Positions 32,250 to 46,049 of a stretch of 64,000 nt of DNA are shown here, piece by piece; position 1 is the stretch's first letter; every line of letters begins with the position of its first letter. The DNA is from Raillietiella orientalis (taxonomy: Eukaryota): contig JAYWIR010000067.1 in the NCBI GenBank assembly GCA_036172245.1, forward strand, positions 248,001 through 312,000, in the 5' to 3' direction. Under the pieces are notes generated by a model that was given only the letters and a program-made list of their open reading frames with translations, was not told the DNA's origin and did not search any database. The position numbers were made by a program, and so were the translations under genes.

Positions 32250-33410
32250 TCTCATTGCTTCTTGACGGGAAAGAGCCCGCCCGGATTCCCGTGCACACCG
32301 CGGCGGCAGCCGAGCTGCCTTCGTCCTCCTTCGAGAGTGCTCTTATCGCGACCCGGCGGCATATGCCTGGGATTTTTCATCCCACGGTTAGAATCCCTCC
32401 TCCCCACTGACGAAGTATCCGTGGGATGCGATGGAGGAAGGGAAATCAAATGCGAGGACGTCGGAACGCATTCGCGAAAATGCTTTCGGTTCTCCGAGAG
32501 GTATCGCTCAAGGAAGTCCCTGGCGGAAGGCGGCTCCAAGACGCATGCAACTTGACTCGGGCTGCTGCTCTGCGCTGTGGTCCTGCTCAAAGAGACCGGA
32601 CCACCAAAGCGTCCAGCAGGGGGAAAGCCGAAGGGGAAGAGGAACAGTAGCCGTGAGAACACCGAACCGGCTCTGATGCACAGAGTTCAAGATGAAAAGC
32701 CGAAACGGCTCGTGCCATTTCGGGGGCACCCCCTGACTTCAAGTCCAATCCGATCTTATTCACCTCGGGGGCTTGTTCCCTTTCCTGGAAGAGCCCTCTT
32801 GGGTGCGCTAGCCACGAGGTACAACCGTTTGGTGACGGCAGGAGCCCTCTGAATCCCTGTGAGCACGGTGAACTCTAGATGTGCACCTCAGGAATCATCC
32901 ATCCCTCGCGACATGGGAAGGCGCAGGCGTCCTCATCCCTCACCCAGTAGAGCGCGCGTCCTCCATCCGCGAAGTCCGGAGTGGGAATCGGTGGTGGAGG
33001 TCCCTACGAACCGGACTCCGCGTTGCTTCTCCATCCACGAGTCGCATTGCCGCCTCCGGTGGATTCTTGCTTGTTGCGCGGTTCCCTAAACGACCCAGGT
33101 ATTCCCAGGCATTTGTTGTGGAAGGCAGTTGAAAGTCAATTCCTCTTCTTGTTGTTTGTTTTATTTTATTTTTTGTTGACTCCCCCCCTCCCTTCCGTGC
33201 GGACCTCTATCGTGAAGCTGCTCGCGAGCAGTAATTGCCTCCGGGACTTTAGAGACGTAGTGGGATTGCATTCCTATTTCGGAGGAATGGCTTTTTATTG
33301 TATACATGGGAATTTATTTGCACATATGTCTTTTTTTTTTTTTTTTGTTTCACAATAAACAAAAAAAGTTTTTTTTGTTTCTTTTTCCCCGGCGTGACCG
33401 GGTGAAAACT
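32250..33410 (+). mobile_element. Decayed 3' part of Tx1/L1-clade LINE with 3' UTR
   Basis: The 3' UTR is colinear with 52640-52890 (gtgcgga...agctgctc.cgag...cctccg), followed by AATAAA and the terminal motif cggcgtgaccgggtgaaaa. Confidence 0.55.
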
Positions 33411-33419
33411 CACCCCTTT

Positions 33420-33860
33420 CCTCTCTCCGAGGGTCACGCAAAAGTGGAAGTGGGGTGGCTGCCTGCTCACGCCTTGTGCACTCCGCATGCGACGGCCGGT
33501 GCTCTTCCGCGCTAGGGACGTTATTCACTTCGCCCTACGTTTCTTGCGGAGCGCCAGGAAATGGTCCCACCTGATCAGCATGCAAAAAGACCTTGCCAGC
33601 GTCCTCGGAAGGATGCAGAGGACGCCCCCCAGCAGGCTGTGATCCCTGTGTGTCCCCCAAAGTTACTTATCTATATTCATATTTTTGTTTTTCTTTGTTT
33701 CCTCCCTTCCCCTGTGCAGTCGAGGCCATCCTCCCTGGTCTGCACATCGGACTCTCAGCAAGTTCACATCAGTCTGGACGCAGTAGGGCCGATGGTCCTA
33801 CCACTTTTATATTGCTTGCTTTTAATAAATGAGTGCCCCGACGGACCCAGGTGAAAAATC
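33420..33860 (+). mobile_element. 5'-truncated 3' end of the same LINE family
   Basis: ttgccagcgtcctc...gatgcagaggac...gtgatccc, a T-rich tract, a hairpin and AATAAA are shared with 45600-45790, 52575-52680 and 55930-56140. Confidence 0.7.
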
Positions 33861-34149
33861 CAGGGGCTACTGCCGTGTTGGTCGATCCGTTCTTTCTGTC
33901 TCAGTAAGGCAACCACAGTCCTTCATCGCACCTGACCAGCCGTGTGGCAATGCACATGCGGACTGCTCAGACAGTACCATTTACATCTTCCTGGATGGGA
34001 TTCCTACAAGTTGTACAGGTTGTATGACCCAGAGTGGTGAGAAGTCGAAACAAAGCACCATCCGCAGCCACCGCCGACGCCTCGTTTGCAGGAAGAGACG
34101 CATAGGTTGAGGATCGCTGACTTGCATACTGGACCTCTGCGGATGTCCT

Positions 34150-35750
34150 GAATGTGTCTTGAGATTTCACTCGAGTTCACCTTTTGTTTGAAAGTTTGAC
34201 CCATTTTTTCCCCTCGTTTCTGTGACAGTTCTGAGTCGGCTGCTGCATGCTGGACGAAACGAGGTCCTCTTGCACAAGGGCGGGGTGAAAGAAGTGCTGA
34301 ATTTTTTACGCGCGAAGTTTCCAGTTGCTTGAGGTCATGCCAGTTTGGGTACATCACCAGGCGATGGTTCTACTAGAAGATACCTGTGTGCGTTTTTATA
34401 GGTGCGACCCTAGCAGTTGTCGAATGATGCTTTTGACTGGCAGAGGATCTTAGGGACGGTCGCTGAAATTTTTTCGGTAGCATGGATGCCAAGAGGAAGG
34501 TAAAGAAAGGTACAAACCAAGATCACGTGCAATGCGCCATCTTGCGCTCCGTCGTGTTCTGACCAACGCATTCGCATGCTCCACGCTCTCATACAACAGC
34601 GGGTTTCCAGAATCCACTAGCAGTTTCGACTTGCGTCAGGTACCACCCTCCTTCGCAGTTCTGCTGAAACACTTGGCTGACATTTCTTTCCCACTAATAA
34701 CTATTCGGAACGCACCCTGTGCGGACTCCGTGGCGTGCGGCACCTGCTAAACAGAACACAGCGTGAGTGCTAAGGGGTTGTCGCGTTCCGCTACGGAGGC
34801 AGTATTCAGTTTCCCTGGAAGGACTGCTCCCTCCAAGAGACAGGAGTAGAAAGATCATGGAGCTGCCTGCAGTTTTCCGCGTCGCAACACTGCGGAAAAC
34901 AAACCAGATCTACCGGAAAGGCATCCTGCTTGTGCCATCGTCATGACATGCCCGTCCTGAGGAACAAGAGGGAGACAGGGAGCTAGACCCGGTTGAGTTT
35001 CGGGGAGATAAGGAAGACTGCTTAAGGACGTCTCTCTTGCTGGGATCCGTGTTTTGCCGGTGTATTTTCGACGGCCTTCCGGCCTTCACGCGCACGAGTT
35101 AGCTGGCGACAGCGAGTCTTGGAGGCTGATAAAAACATCGTGGAAGGGTGAATCCACTGTACAGTGTCGTCTTCCTGACATCTCACGTCGTGAGGCGACC
35201 ATCTTCCTTGTCTTTTGCAAGAGAGCCAATTATCCCGAGTTCCCGCGAGTATCGTATTCCCCTCATTCCGGGAGCACTTCGCTGCATTACGCACCTGTGA
35301 AAAACCATTGAAGGCACGCACGCGGATGATGTGCGTAGGTCATCCTGGTCACTGTGGCGAAACGTGATGTACATGTGACGGCAGTGCTGGTGCTCACGTC
35401 TGGTTTCGAATTCCGGTGATGGAGTGAAGGAAACTTGAAAGCGTTGTACGCATGTGATGTTGTATTTATGAAAGGAAGTCAAAGAGAGGGTGCATCGCGA
35501 ATGCAACAGTCGTGGTGGTGGGCGGTAACCGCGACACTCTGAGAAACGCTGCTTCGATGATGCTTTGATGGCGCATCTCTCTCAAGGAGTGCTGCTGGAT
35601 GTCCTCGGGGCTCGTGCAACGGCCGTGGGTCACTCGGAAGGCAGTTGCATGCTCTCGAGGGAGGTGACGCTTCAAACTGGAAAAAGAAGGGTTCTTGCAC
35701 GCCTTCTCGGATGTTTCCATCTTCCACAAAATGCATACCCCCCGCCGTCA
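34150..35750 (-). mobile_element. Fossil hAT (Ac/ZBED-like) DNA transposase
   Basis: Motifs appear in the correct order: BED finger VCILWK...SSLKRHLPREH (35640-35740), QW(NS)-like catalytic-core remnant (about 35140-35165), and dimerisation-domain remnant YPN...FARKKFSTSFTPPLCKRTSF (34250-34350). Many stops and frameshifts. Confidence 0.6.
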
Positions 35751-37789
35751 TCCACGTGCCCCCTCGGTCGTCATTTTAACACATTTTTTACCTGAAGCCT
35801 ATAATTAGGTTTTTCGATGCCAACCCTTATTGACTGATGGCCGATTTTTAGGCTCTTCCACTGCCGAGGTCCATCCTCCAGAAGGATCTGTTGAATTTGT
35901 AGTAAAGCATTCATATTTTACGCTGACTTGTAAGTAACTGTACAATAATCTCTCCATATCTTTACAAATTTTAAAATTTCTACCGTTTACAATGGATGTT
36001 CGTACATACTTTAATGTTTCGTTACATGAGCGCTATCATACTTTAAGGAAATACTAAAAAATCTGTCAACAGTTTTGATAATTATATGATATAATTTAAT
36101 GACATATAAAATAGGAGGCTATTTTCGTATACTATATGACAATATTGTCAAGGTATAGAGTTTTACAAATAGGCACTTTACGTCCCGGCGTGATAGTCAA
36201 AACCGAGCCCGTAGTGGCGACTCATCGAGCCCAGCCGAGTCGGTTGTTATTGAGTGGCGACCGCAAGCATGAGCTGTAGATAGAGTGTTAAGAAGCCTTG
36301 CTGTGTGCTGAGGATGTTGCGATCCTACGGATGGAGCAGATTCTAAGGAGTGGGTCCGTTCCTGGACTGATGATGAAGGACGAGCGAAGGGACTCAGGGA
36401 AAGCCCCGCGGAGTGAGTGGAGGAAAACTCAAATTCTCTGCGGACCCAAGCACCCGTCTACGAAAAGCTTTCCTTCTCAGATTCATCTTCATCAGTCCTG
36501 CTGGAAGATCCAGGCGCCTCCGAGGAGCGGATCGCGTTAACGGGGGGAAGATGCGTGTTCCCATCCTTTCGAGGTTCATTTGCATCCCGATCGAAGGGTA
36601 ACCGCGGAAGCCCTCATTGTTTGCCTTTCCGAAACGAACAGGGGTCTTGCCCGCCCTTGACCCAAGAAGTCCTGTTTTTTCTTTCTCCTCCGTCTGGATC
36701 GACGACGTCTCTCCTTTCTGAAACTGGAGCAGAGAAGAACTTGGTCCTCTCTAGCAACGGTCGCGGCGGAGGCGCTCAGCTGCTAGGGGAGGTGGTCCTC
36801 TGTTTGTTGCTCCTACAAACCCGTGGCTCCTCTTCACGTGGCATCCCACCTTTTCAAGGCGTACCCTAAGGAGCACCCTCTAACCACCAGCGCTATTCTC
36901 ATCTTCCTGACTAAAGAACGCGTCAGCGAGTGCAAAACATGTCAGCGTTGCCTACAGCGTCAGAGAGCGCGGGAAGTCCCGAATGAAGGGATATCGGGAT
37001 CGAGAGGGAGAGATAAGTGGATTGCTCGATTAGCAGCCTGCGAGATGACTCCATACCTTCTTCGCCGGAGAATAAGTTGGGTTCCTAACGCATGCGAGAA
37101 GATCTATTCGTGGACGGACTGTGGCTTCCCTCTTTCTTGGGGGTTTCACTTCGGCATGGGGGAAAGAAGCAAGCAGCGGAAAATAAGGGAGAGCCACCCC
37201 CCCTCACCTCGGTGCTCTGCTTCCTCGTGGACATCCTCTTCCCGTTCAGATCGAATCGTCACCCGTCACCACTAGCATCTCTGCTGACGACATCTCCAGC
37301 TGTTCAAAGAAAAGGTTTTTTAGCTGGGAAGACGAGGAATCTTCCTGGAGGAGGGAGGAATGCGGGAACCCATCTGGTGCGACCCATCAGGGTCGCACCA
37401 GGAATACTCTGCAAGCGAGAGGGGAGGGCGGTGGTCTCGAAGGTCGTTCCTAGAGCTTCTGTCTAGGAGGAAGCTGAGGCAGGCTGCTGCGAAAGATCAG
37501 AAATAACAACTTCCAGTCATCACTTACAGGCGCCCTTTGGGGGCACCACTGTCGATCTAGTAATCCCAAAGGATGTCCTGATTTCTGAAAGATGAAGCGA
37601 CGAAAAATTAAAAAGGTACATTAAGAAGGACATCAGGACTCATGAAACATTAATGGCAGAGCAGGAGAGACTCTCTGGAGAGAAGTGAAGACTCGAAGCA
37701 TCTGAACCCGCTAGACTCGTCGGCTGTTCGCTTTTTCCCCGTCTGTGCGCGGTGCGGTCCAAGAGGAGCGAAATCATCATAAATTTTTT

Positions 37790-39330
37790 CTAAAAAAAAA
37801 ATACGCAAGCGAATATTTTTTTTTGATTTTATTCATTCAAAATGGGATTCATCCGGCTCTGTACACTGCTTGGTACGGGATTCCAACTCCTTCATGGAGC
37901 CAGCGTTCCCCTTTGCAGGGATCACCTTCAAACGCTCTGTCACAGCTTACCAGAATCGGGAGGGTAGGGACAAGGGTCTTTGGTTTCAATTCGTTCCTTC
38001 CTTTCCAGAAGCCGCTGTGGATGGTGACGACCGCTCTGATGGGTCCTTCTGGCAGGCGAGGCCATTTCGCGGCCGCCTTCATCAAGGCGGCTGCCATGCT
38101 GGCGGACCCCCTTCGCTGCGAAGGGAACTCCAACACGTGGCGGACTGCCTCCATGGTGCGGAGGCAGCATCTCGCTGCCATTGTGCCGCCTTGCGCGAGG
38201 ACAATCTCCGCAGCAAGTCCGCGGCAGTGTGCTTCGGGCGACAGAGCGCCGGAGGGAGTTTTCGCTAGGTGTCCGCCAGGGCGCTGCAGTCTCCAACGGG
38301 AGGAGCGGGAACGATGCTATCGCCCCGAACCACCTGGAACAGCTAGAGGAAACAACTCCCCCGGTGCCTGAGCCGGTTGCGCCAAATCTCCCCCGTGCAG
38401 AAGCAGTGGGACGTTTCAGGGGCTGTCTTGCTCCCTCCAGAGGGAGGCAGCACCGCGGTGCCTCCGCACCGGGGAAGGACCGCAAGTTCTTCGAAGGGCG
38501 CACCCAGCAAACCACTCCCTGCTGGCGGAGTCCCTTCGCCCGGAAACGAGGAGTGGCATTGTCCTCCAACCCACTTGTCTTGAGGCCACCGAGGACTGCT
38601 GTCCTGTTGCAGGGGGCTCCCCACCCCGCCGGCTGGCTGCTGTCGTCGCTTGCCCCGAGAGCAGACAATGCTGCGGCAAGGGGTGTGGCGGCTATCCGGG
38701 ATCACTGCGTACAGTTCTGCAGGAGATGTCCCAGAAGCTTGCATAGGAGTTCCGGCAGCGGTCGCAGTTCCTCTGGACACACTCCGTTTGTTGCGGCGGC
38801 TGAAGATCAAGTCGGACAGCCTTCCTGGCATCCTGCATCTGCCGCGCACAGCTCCTGCGCGAACTCTTCACGCACAGCTTTCCGACTGCCGAAGGAACCA
38901 GTCGGATATCGCTTCGGTGTTCTCGACTTCTGGAATCACCTTGTTTTTTTCTTCTTTTTCTCAGCCATGGAGAATCTTCGCCGATCCGGCCCGAATTTAG
39001 GCGCTTTGCTTTTCCGGGTCGCATGCGAAGCATCGACTCATCGCCGGCGACGAACTTCCTGAGGGAGGGTTTCTGTCCCCTTCGGATCGAGTCCAGCAAC
39101 GTCCTCCTTCCTTCCTGCGTCTATCCTGGAATTTCGACAGAAGGCAAAGGCAAGCTGCGCGAAACGCCCTCCTTCGGTTGCAGCGAAACGCACAATCGCG
39201 CGCCACTCCGTGTACCATTTAAGGGAAGGTGTACAGTATGCAGTTCCGCCGCGCGCCGGTGCACGATCTCTTCCGGAGGCTGCTTCCGAGTGGAGGACTC
39301 CTCCGGAACACGAGGAAGTGGTGACATGTT
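37790..39330 (-). mobile_element. Decayed non-LTR retrotransposon ORF2 (RT to C-terminal zinc knuckle) with A-rich tail
   Basis: EGVSRSLPLPS resembles GVRQGCPLSP, VAGDE resembles YADD, and CCLRTMEAVRHVLEF resembles CxxxETxxHxLxxC. It ends in AATAAA plus an A-rich tract near 37790-37835. Confidence 0.6.
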
Positions 39331-39499
39331 GTTGCCACTACGGAAAGAATGGAAGATTCATTGATAAAAGATGTCCTTTACGATATAAGCGTCTCGGCGT
39401 GACCGAGTGAAAATACACAGCGTGACCAGCACTTCTGTAAAAAAAAAAAAAAAAAAAAAAAAACAGTCTTGGAACGTGTGGACCACACCCTCCACAATC

Positions 39500-42400
39500 C
39501 CGAATGGTAAGCAATTAAAAACACACATTCTTGGTAGTCTGGCAATGGGGTCACATCGGCGAATTTTCGTCTTTGCTTAGAGACCTCTGCAATTCCTCGA
39601 AGGGGGTCTGCGGCTCGTTTGCACAAACAGGACCGCGGGGGCGCTTGTAGCTGCTGCCTCCCGTGCGTGAGGCGGGCAAAGAGACCGGCCTTTTTCGTCT
39701 TTTCTCTAGCTGCAAGGTCGTCCGCCTCACGATCGGCTGGTTTGCGCCGCGTCCAAGCTGCCTGCTGCTGCCTGAGATGTTTGGCGGCGCCGATTCCTGG
39801 CACCATCTTCGGGATGCGGGTGAATACGGTCCCCCGCGAAAAATGCTTATCACCAGGGGACGCCCGGCTGCTCGTTAGCGAAAGTGGAAAGGGAGACCAG
39901 GGAAGGGAGGGTGGAGGGGATACGGTCCGCAGAAAACGAGATCGCGCGCTCACGTGACGAGACGTGGTCCAGCTGAATCGTCGACGCCGCTCGAGAGTCC
40001 TGGTCCCCGGACGCGTCCGCCTGTTCCCAGTGAACGTTTGCAGGCCGCATAAGCGGAGAGACCCTTGTGAAGAAGCAATGCAACCTCCACCCTCTGCGAA
40101 ACGGGATCGCTCCGGAGGGCACCATCATATCGTCGTGGGTGACCTTGACCCTCCGCCAGTCTGACCTACGCGTTCCACTCCAACTGCGCCGGCGTCTTCC
40201 TCGGCGCACCCGGCACGCTTCTGGCTGAGAAGAAAGTACTTCGTGCCTTTCTCCCTCTTGCGCCAGACCACCGACCTCTCTCTGCAGAAGATCCTCTGCT
40301 ACTGCTGCTGTTGCTCCCCATGACTACCCTGGCGGCGTCCCCTGATCGCGGAGGCGCTGGCTCCAGCCTACCCCGCAGTTCCCGGAGGACGCCGCCGCAG
40401 TCCGGAAGCAGATGCGGGAGCGATTCGATCGTGTCGCTCCCGGAACAGCTGGGAGCTGTGTCTCTTCATGGAATCGAGGCGTCGGTTCTGGTTGCACTGC
40501 AGATGCCGGTGCGGGGAGGGCGCCGCCTCGTGCCTCTACGACGCTCCATCCGTGCTTGGCGCTGCGCACGCTCGGCGCGGCGGGCGCTTCACGAGGAGCA
40601 GCCGACAGCAGCAACAAGGAGAAGAGGAAGGGGAAAGATGGGAAGTTGTCCCTTTACTGCGTATGGGGAAGGACAGGACGAATGCAAGGAATCCCCCCCA
40701 GTAGTCCTCTCCTGCCGTTCCCGCAAGCTTCCGAGACGACTTTCATTACGGGGTGAAGAACCCAGTCCGTCCTCTCCCTGGTGGCCTCCGTGGTTCTTTC
40801 GGAATCCTCTGTCTCGTCCCCCTCCTACTCCTCTCACGGCCGCAAGGATCCCTGCCGTGCCCTCTCAGTGGACGGAAGGATATCCCAGATCTTCCGAAAG
40901 ACCCCGTGAGCGTTTAGGGAGGAGCTGTCGTCGGGGCGAATTCTCCCAAAGCATCCGAATGCAAGAGGTGACCTTCGGGATTCTCGTATGGCCCTACGGT
41001 GCACCCGAGATCACAGCGTCCCACTTGACCACTCGAAGAATGGGAATCGGCAAGGGTTTCGCCGTGGGAGGAGAGCTTTCCTGCAAGGGACTCCGGGAGA
41101 GCAGAGTTGCTTTTCTCCTCACAGAACCAACCGCGCAGTGACCCCTCGGGAAGCCGTCGCTCAAGAAGGCGGTATCCTCAGGGTGTACTCTTCCTCGGAG
41201 GAGGAAAAACGCGCGGCAGTTCTGTGTCAGTGGCAGAGCTCCTGGAGATTGCGACGAGGGAGCCAACGGTCTCTGAGAGCTCCGACATCTCCCCCGGAGG
41301 AGGTCATTTCCACCGCGCGACTCGATCTCGGAGGTCGGGCGCTCGGCCCAGCGGTTGCTCCCTGTGCGCACTGCATCCGGGAGTTCCCTCCTTTCGCGCG
41401 GAAGAGTTCTCGCTTCAGCCTTGGCGCTACCGGCTGCTTCCTCAGGATTCGGCGTGCCGCCGTCAGGAACTCCATGTGCTCCTTCCCGCGTCCGTGAGAG
41501 GAAGAACAGCAGGAAGAGCTGCTGCTTCAAGATAACGACTTGGGGTATCCTCCTGCCCACTGAGTGGGAAAGCGCAGTGGCAGGGACCCCCTAGGCCGTA
41601 AGAGGAGGAGGATAAAGCGGATGCCGCCGCAGCGAGGGAGGTGACCTGACGGAACCTTGTCGACGTGGTCGGCAAGCCCGTCACTCGACTTGAAGCGTAC
41701 TGTCTGACGAGCGAAGCCACGTCCGACGAAAAGTCGAGTTGCCCGTGGAAACCTCAAGGCCAACTCCCGCCTCTTCGATGCCCACGTGCCGCCATCTTAC
41801 CCCTCCTTTTCCTTGTGGACCCACTACCGCCCCTCAGCAGGGAGAGAGGGCTCCCGCTGCGGGGTCGTGGCAACCCTGTCGTACGGGCTGCTCTGTGGGT
41901 CGCGGAAGGACGCGTCGGGGGTGGACGCGCTTCGCCGCAGGCCGTGCGAGGGTAGCTATCGTGCCCTGATGCCTGCAGGGTTGCCAGTTGCTTGCTCCCG
42001 CGTCCTATGCTGTGCGCGAACGACGGTGATCCCGAGACGGAGGGGGAGCTGGCGACCGCCATCCTCTGCATGCGTGCAGTGGCGTGTTCTAGCGAGAGAT
42101 GAGAGGGCGTATGAGTGGGGACGGGCTGGCCCGGCACTCGTGGACGCACCCTCTCCATGCCCGTCGCGAGACCTGTCCACCCCATGCCAGCTGCTTCCCT
42201 GGGCCACGCGCGCCCTTCCTCGAGAGGTGAGAAGGAGAAAGCGCCGGCCGTTCTTTCAGGAATTTCTTCACGTGACCCCTTCAGTAGTCGGCCCTCCTCT
42301 CCCCGCCCTGTCTGGCTCTGCTCCCGGAGAAGGCCACCCTTTTCACCTTTTCGGGACAGCACCTTCTGTCGTTTGCCAGCCGCATCGGTTTTTGTTGAGT

Positions 42401-43100
42401 TTTTCCCGAACGGGTGGTCTGAGACCGAGAAGGTCGCTCGCCCGGGGCGTTTTTCTCCGGTGCGGACCTGCCAGAAGAGAAGGAGGGTTCCTTCGGGGCG
42501 GGCTTTCCCTGGGGCCGTGTAAGAGAGGAAGGGGAAGGAGCAGCGAAAAGAGGGGAAAGCGGGCCCTTGAAATATGGGTTCGGTTGCCCCACGTGCTGCG
42601 CGGCCCGCGCGAGAGGCGCCTGACGACCTCCCGGGCGAGTGCAGCTGTCCCTGCTTCCGGCCCCGACTGACCTGGTGATCGTCTCCCGGGTGGTAGCGAA
42701 GTCGCGGACTGGCTCTCGGAAGGTGCTCGCGTGCGCGCGGTCCAAGCCCCCGTCTCCGCAGGACAAGTGTCGGCCAGGCCTCCCCCTCGGGCCGTGGGGA
42801 GGTCACGCTTGGTCCAGTTTCGCCTGCGACGGCGAGAAGGAAGGACCCCGGAGGATCTGATCCCGGCCAGTCAGCGGTGGCAGCCAATTTTCAACGCACT
42901 CTCTCCCTTTCTCCCTTTTCTCCAGCGTCAATCCTTCGAGGGGAAAGGCGAACCTGCAACACCAGGTGCCGCGCTCGGAAGAGGCCAGGCTACCGTGTTT
43001 TTCCCTTTCGAGAACGACGCCGGCAAGATGACCGCACCTCACACGTCACGAGGAGGGTATCCCACCTGCGTCCCAGATAGGATGCCGAAGACTCCAGGGA
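39500..43100 (+). mobile_element. Decayed Tx1/L1-clade LINE fragments: APE endonuclease and RT remnants
   Basis: VNVCRP...HIVVGDLD resembles NVYAP...GDFN (39960-40160). TRLEAYC resembles RLDRxY (41680). TTVIPRRRGSWRPPSSACVQWRVLAR resembles LIPK..WRPISLLNxDYKILAK (42020-42100). Confidence 0.6.
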
Positions 43101-43499
43101 GATCTCCGTGAAATTCTCCCATGCCCTCTTTCCTTTTCGCCCCAGTTCACTGTCAGGGGAAGCATTTCCTCGTACTGACCTCTCCGGACAAACTGCTCGC
43201 TAGCGGTCAACGTCTCCGGCCACTCATACGGACGTGCTGGGGTCGCAGCCCGAAGACGAAGGAATTTCGTATGTACATCGTTTTCACTCGTGGCTCCGCT
43301 TCTCCTTGCGGTTGGCTGCTACACGCTTTCCAGTGGCCTTCCGACTTCCTCCCTCTGGCCCCGACGGTCCCGTTCCCGGCTCTCCCCGCGCCGACCGGGC
43401 TCCTCTGCGTGACCCTCTGCGCTGACAAAGATTCCTTTTCAGGAGGGGTTGCTTGGGACAGACAAGACATTGAACGCTCCCGAACGGTTTCCGGCTTCC

Positions 43500-44280
43500 G
43501 CGGCCGCCGTCTTGCTATCCATGGCAACCGATGTTCAGCCCGTTCTGCAGAGCCGTTACTGGGGCGACACGGTAAGCTCACGCCCGCAAGGGGACGGAGG
43601 TCAGTGGCGTTCGAGGGCGCGCTCGAACAAGACCTTTGGATACTCCTCCTCCTCTCTTCATCTGCTGCCTACAACCCGGAGGAAGGGGGTAGTGCAAAGA
43701 TTTCAGGAGCCGGAGAACCGGAGCGCCTTCCTGCTGCCTTCCAGCCTGTCCGCGGGGACGTCGCGCCCAGTCAAGAAGCGGAAAGTCTCCCAGGAGCTGC
43801 CCTCTTCGCCTCACAGAACACCCCTGCAGCATCGTCGTGGTTCCGGTCCACAAGCCAAGCGGCTGCTGACCTAACGCCTTCCGATTCGCGTAGGTCAGGC
43901 GCGTGGGTCCAACTCTGTACGCCAGGTGCTTTCCAATGCTAGGCTCCACTCTTTCGCGGGGCTCAGAATGTTTCAGGACGCGAAGCACTTCGTCGCACCA
44001 CGGCACTCATGCCGTTAGACTGACATTCCTAACTGACCCAGGCTCGACAGAACGACCATCACGAACAAACACAGCCTCGATCTCTAGATTTCCGACCAGA
44101 GGCTTTCCTGACAACCAGGCGGTCAATGACCGCATTAGAGACAATGCCATCCCAAGGCAGCACAGACGCCAATCTCATGGCTCTGCCGTTTACATCGGCC
44201 AGTGCAGCTCGGTTCGCACCACGCAATCCCAAAACTGCTATGAGCCAACCGAAAGCTGCAGTTCGCAGCTTTCCGCCACG
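43500..44280 (-). mobile_element. Decayed RT fragment of a non-LTR element
   Basis: GIVSNAVIDRLV resembles LFNxVIDxL. Remaining motifs are heavily eroded. Confidence 0.3.
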
Positions 44281-44519
44281 GCCGGCCTTCCGTTACTCGT
44301 CGTCGTGAGTCATTCCCTCAAGGCTCCTTCGACATCGACACCACAGAAAGGAAAAAAAGCAAAAAACGAAAAAAAAAAAACTATTCAAAGAATCCACGTG
44401 ATCTTATTCCAAGAACACCTCACAGTACCTCTTATCGGGACGAGTAGGCAAAAAACTTCTCGACCACTCTCTCCTTCCATGTAGCTCCTTGCATCCGCCC
44501 TCCCAATTTGAAGAGTTGG

Positions 44520-45832
44520 GGGGTACGTAGGGAGGGGACCATGCTATGAATCCAGGAAGACTTCGGAGGAAATAGTGAGTTTCTTTTATGCTTGGCAGGG
44601 AACTCTCACCCTGTTTGTCTCCAAAGGGAACCACAAAGGGAATCTCCCTCCTTATTCTCTCCGGTATAACCCATCAGAGGTAGCCGCTTCATTGTTTCTT
44701 TCCGAAGGGAACCTGGAAAGGATCTGTTCCTGGAATTTCTTGTCCGGAGGGGCCCGCAAGGAAACTGCTCCTTGTTTTTTCCTCTGAAAAGAACCCCGAG
44801 GGGAAGCTTCCCATTCTATTCGAAGGGCGCTGCCCGAAGGAAGCATGCGCTTCTTCACGCTCTGGAATGGCATCAAACCACCAGCTCCATTCTAAGAGAT
44901 GGAGGATTCCCTCCCTTCCTTCTCCTTCATCCTTCTTCCGAGAGGGGAGATGGCTTCATTAGCACAACTGAAGGGAGGGAATATCGAAGGGAACTGGCTC
45001 CTTGATTCCTGGAAGAAACCCGGAAGGCCAACTCCCAGTCCCAGCCAGTCAACAGAGCATTTGGTTCCCAGCTTTCACCAGTACCGATTGCTCGACCTGG
45101 TGGACTTTTGCGCTGGGGAGTGCTACTGGGTATTCCGGAGGTAGACCTGCAGTGGCCCTCGGTACTCAAGAACACCCGCACCGTCCCCTTAAATTGGCAG
45201 GAGTCGGCGTTGATGCTGCTGCACTGGGGCCTCCCGTGCAACGCCCGCCGGCATCTGTGGACACGGGGACGTGTGAACTCAGACTGTGCGAGGCACGGGG
45301 AGCGCGATTCCCTCCTGCACCTCCTAGTGGACTGTGTTGCCTCTGGTCCTCGTGGGTGCGCTTTACCGTGACCCTCGGAATCTCCGGAGGCAACTCCAGA
45401 GACGTTTTAAAGCGCCTCTTCCTGCGCGACTCCCTCACGCCGACAGATCACATCCCCAGTAGCAATTTGCTGCCTACGCGGGATCGTGGCTGCATGGAGC
45501 AACGCCAGAGGAGGCCAGGACGACAGGAACGCCATCTATTTTGCTGTCTTCTTTATGAAGATAGAGTCAAGATGGCCTCATCTGGAGATCTCGAAACAGG
45601 AACTTGCCAGCATCCTCACGAGGATGCAGAGGACACCCTCCAGCACACAGTGATCCCTTCCCAAACATCCCTCATTTTTCTGACTGTATGTTTCTTGTTT
45701 TATTTTTTTCTTTTTGTTTGTCTCCCCTTCCCCTGTGCTGCCGAGGCAAACTCCACTGGCCTGTGTGCCACTTCCCGACAGATTCCTTCTCGTACATATA
45801 AGTAACGTGCAGACATTGTGTGACCGGGTGCC
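44520..45832 (+). mobile_element. Tx1/L1-clade LINE, post-RT region, zf-RVT-like domain and 3' UTR
   Basis: WQESALMLLHWGLPCNARRHLWTRGRVNSDCARHGERDSLLHLLVDC, followed by the family 3' end and tgtgaccgggtg at about 45820. Confidence 0.75.
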
Positions 45833-45945
45833 AACCAGTGCCGCACTCGAATAGGCCAACCGGTGTCATCTTGCGGGGGGAACTCGAAACTCATCTCTCG
45901 GCGTCGATTCTTCCCCCGGTGGGATTCGAACGCTCAACGCTTGGT
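45833..45945 (-). mobile_element. tRNA-derived SINE, copy 2 (5'-truncated)
   Basis: B box GTTCGAATCC at 45922-45931 on the minus strand. The body matches 18046-18163. Confidence 0.7.
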
Positions 45946-46049
45946 ACCATACATTCTTCCGAAAAAAAAAACGGGCAAATACCAGCAACGTTTACAACCA
46001 GCAGAAGGAGCAGACGACGGAGACTAAGTGACGCAGGATTCAAATAACG

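Noticed and set aside
36210..36270. TGGCGAC motifs as an LTR-retrotransposon primer-binding site
   Set aside because: No TG...CA LTR pair and no gag/pol remnants nearby.
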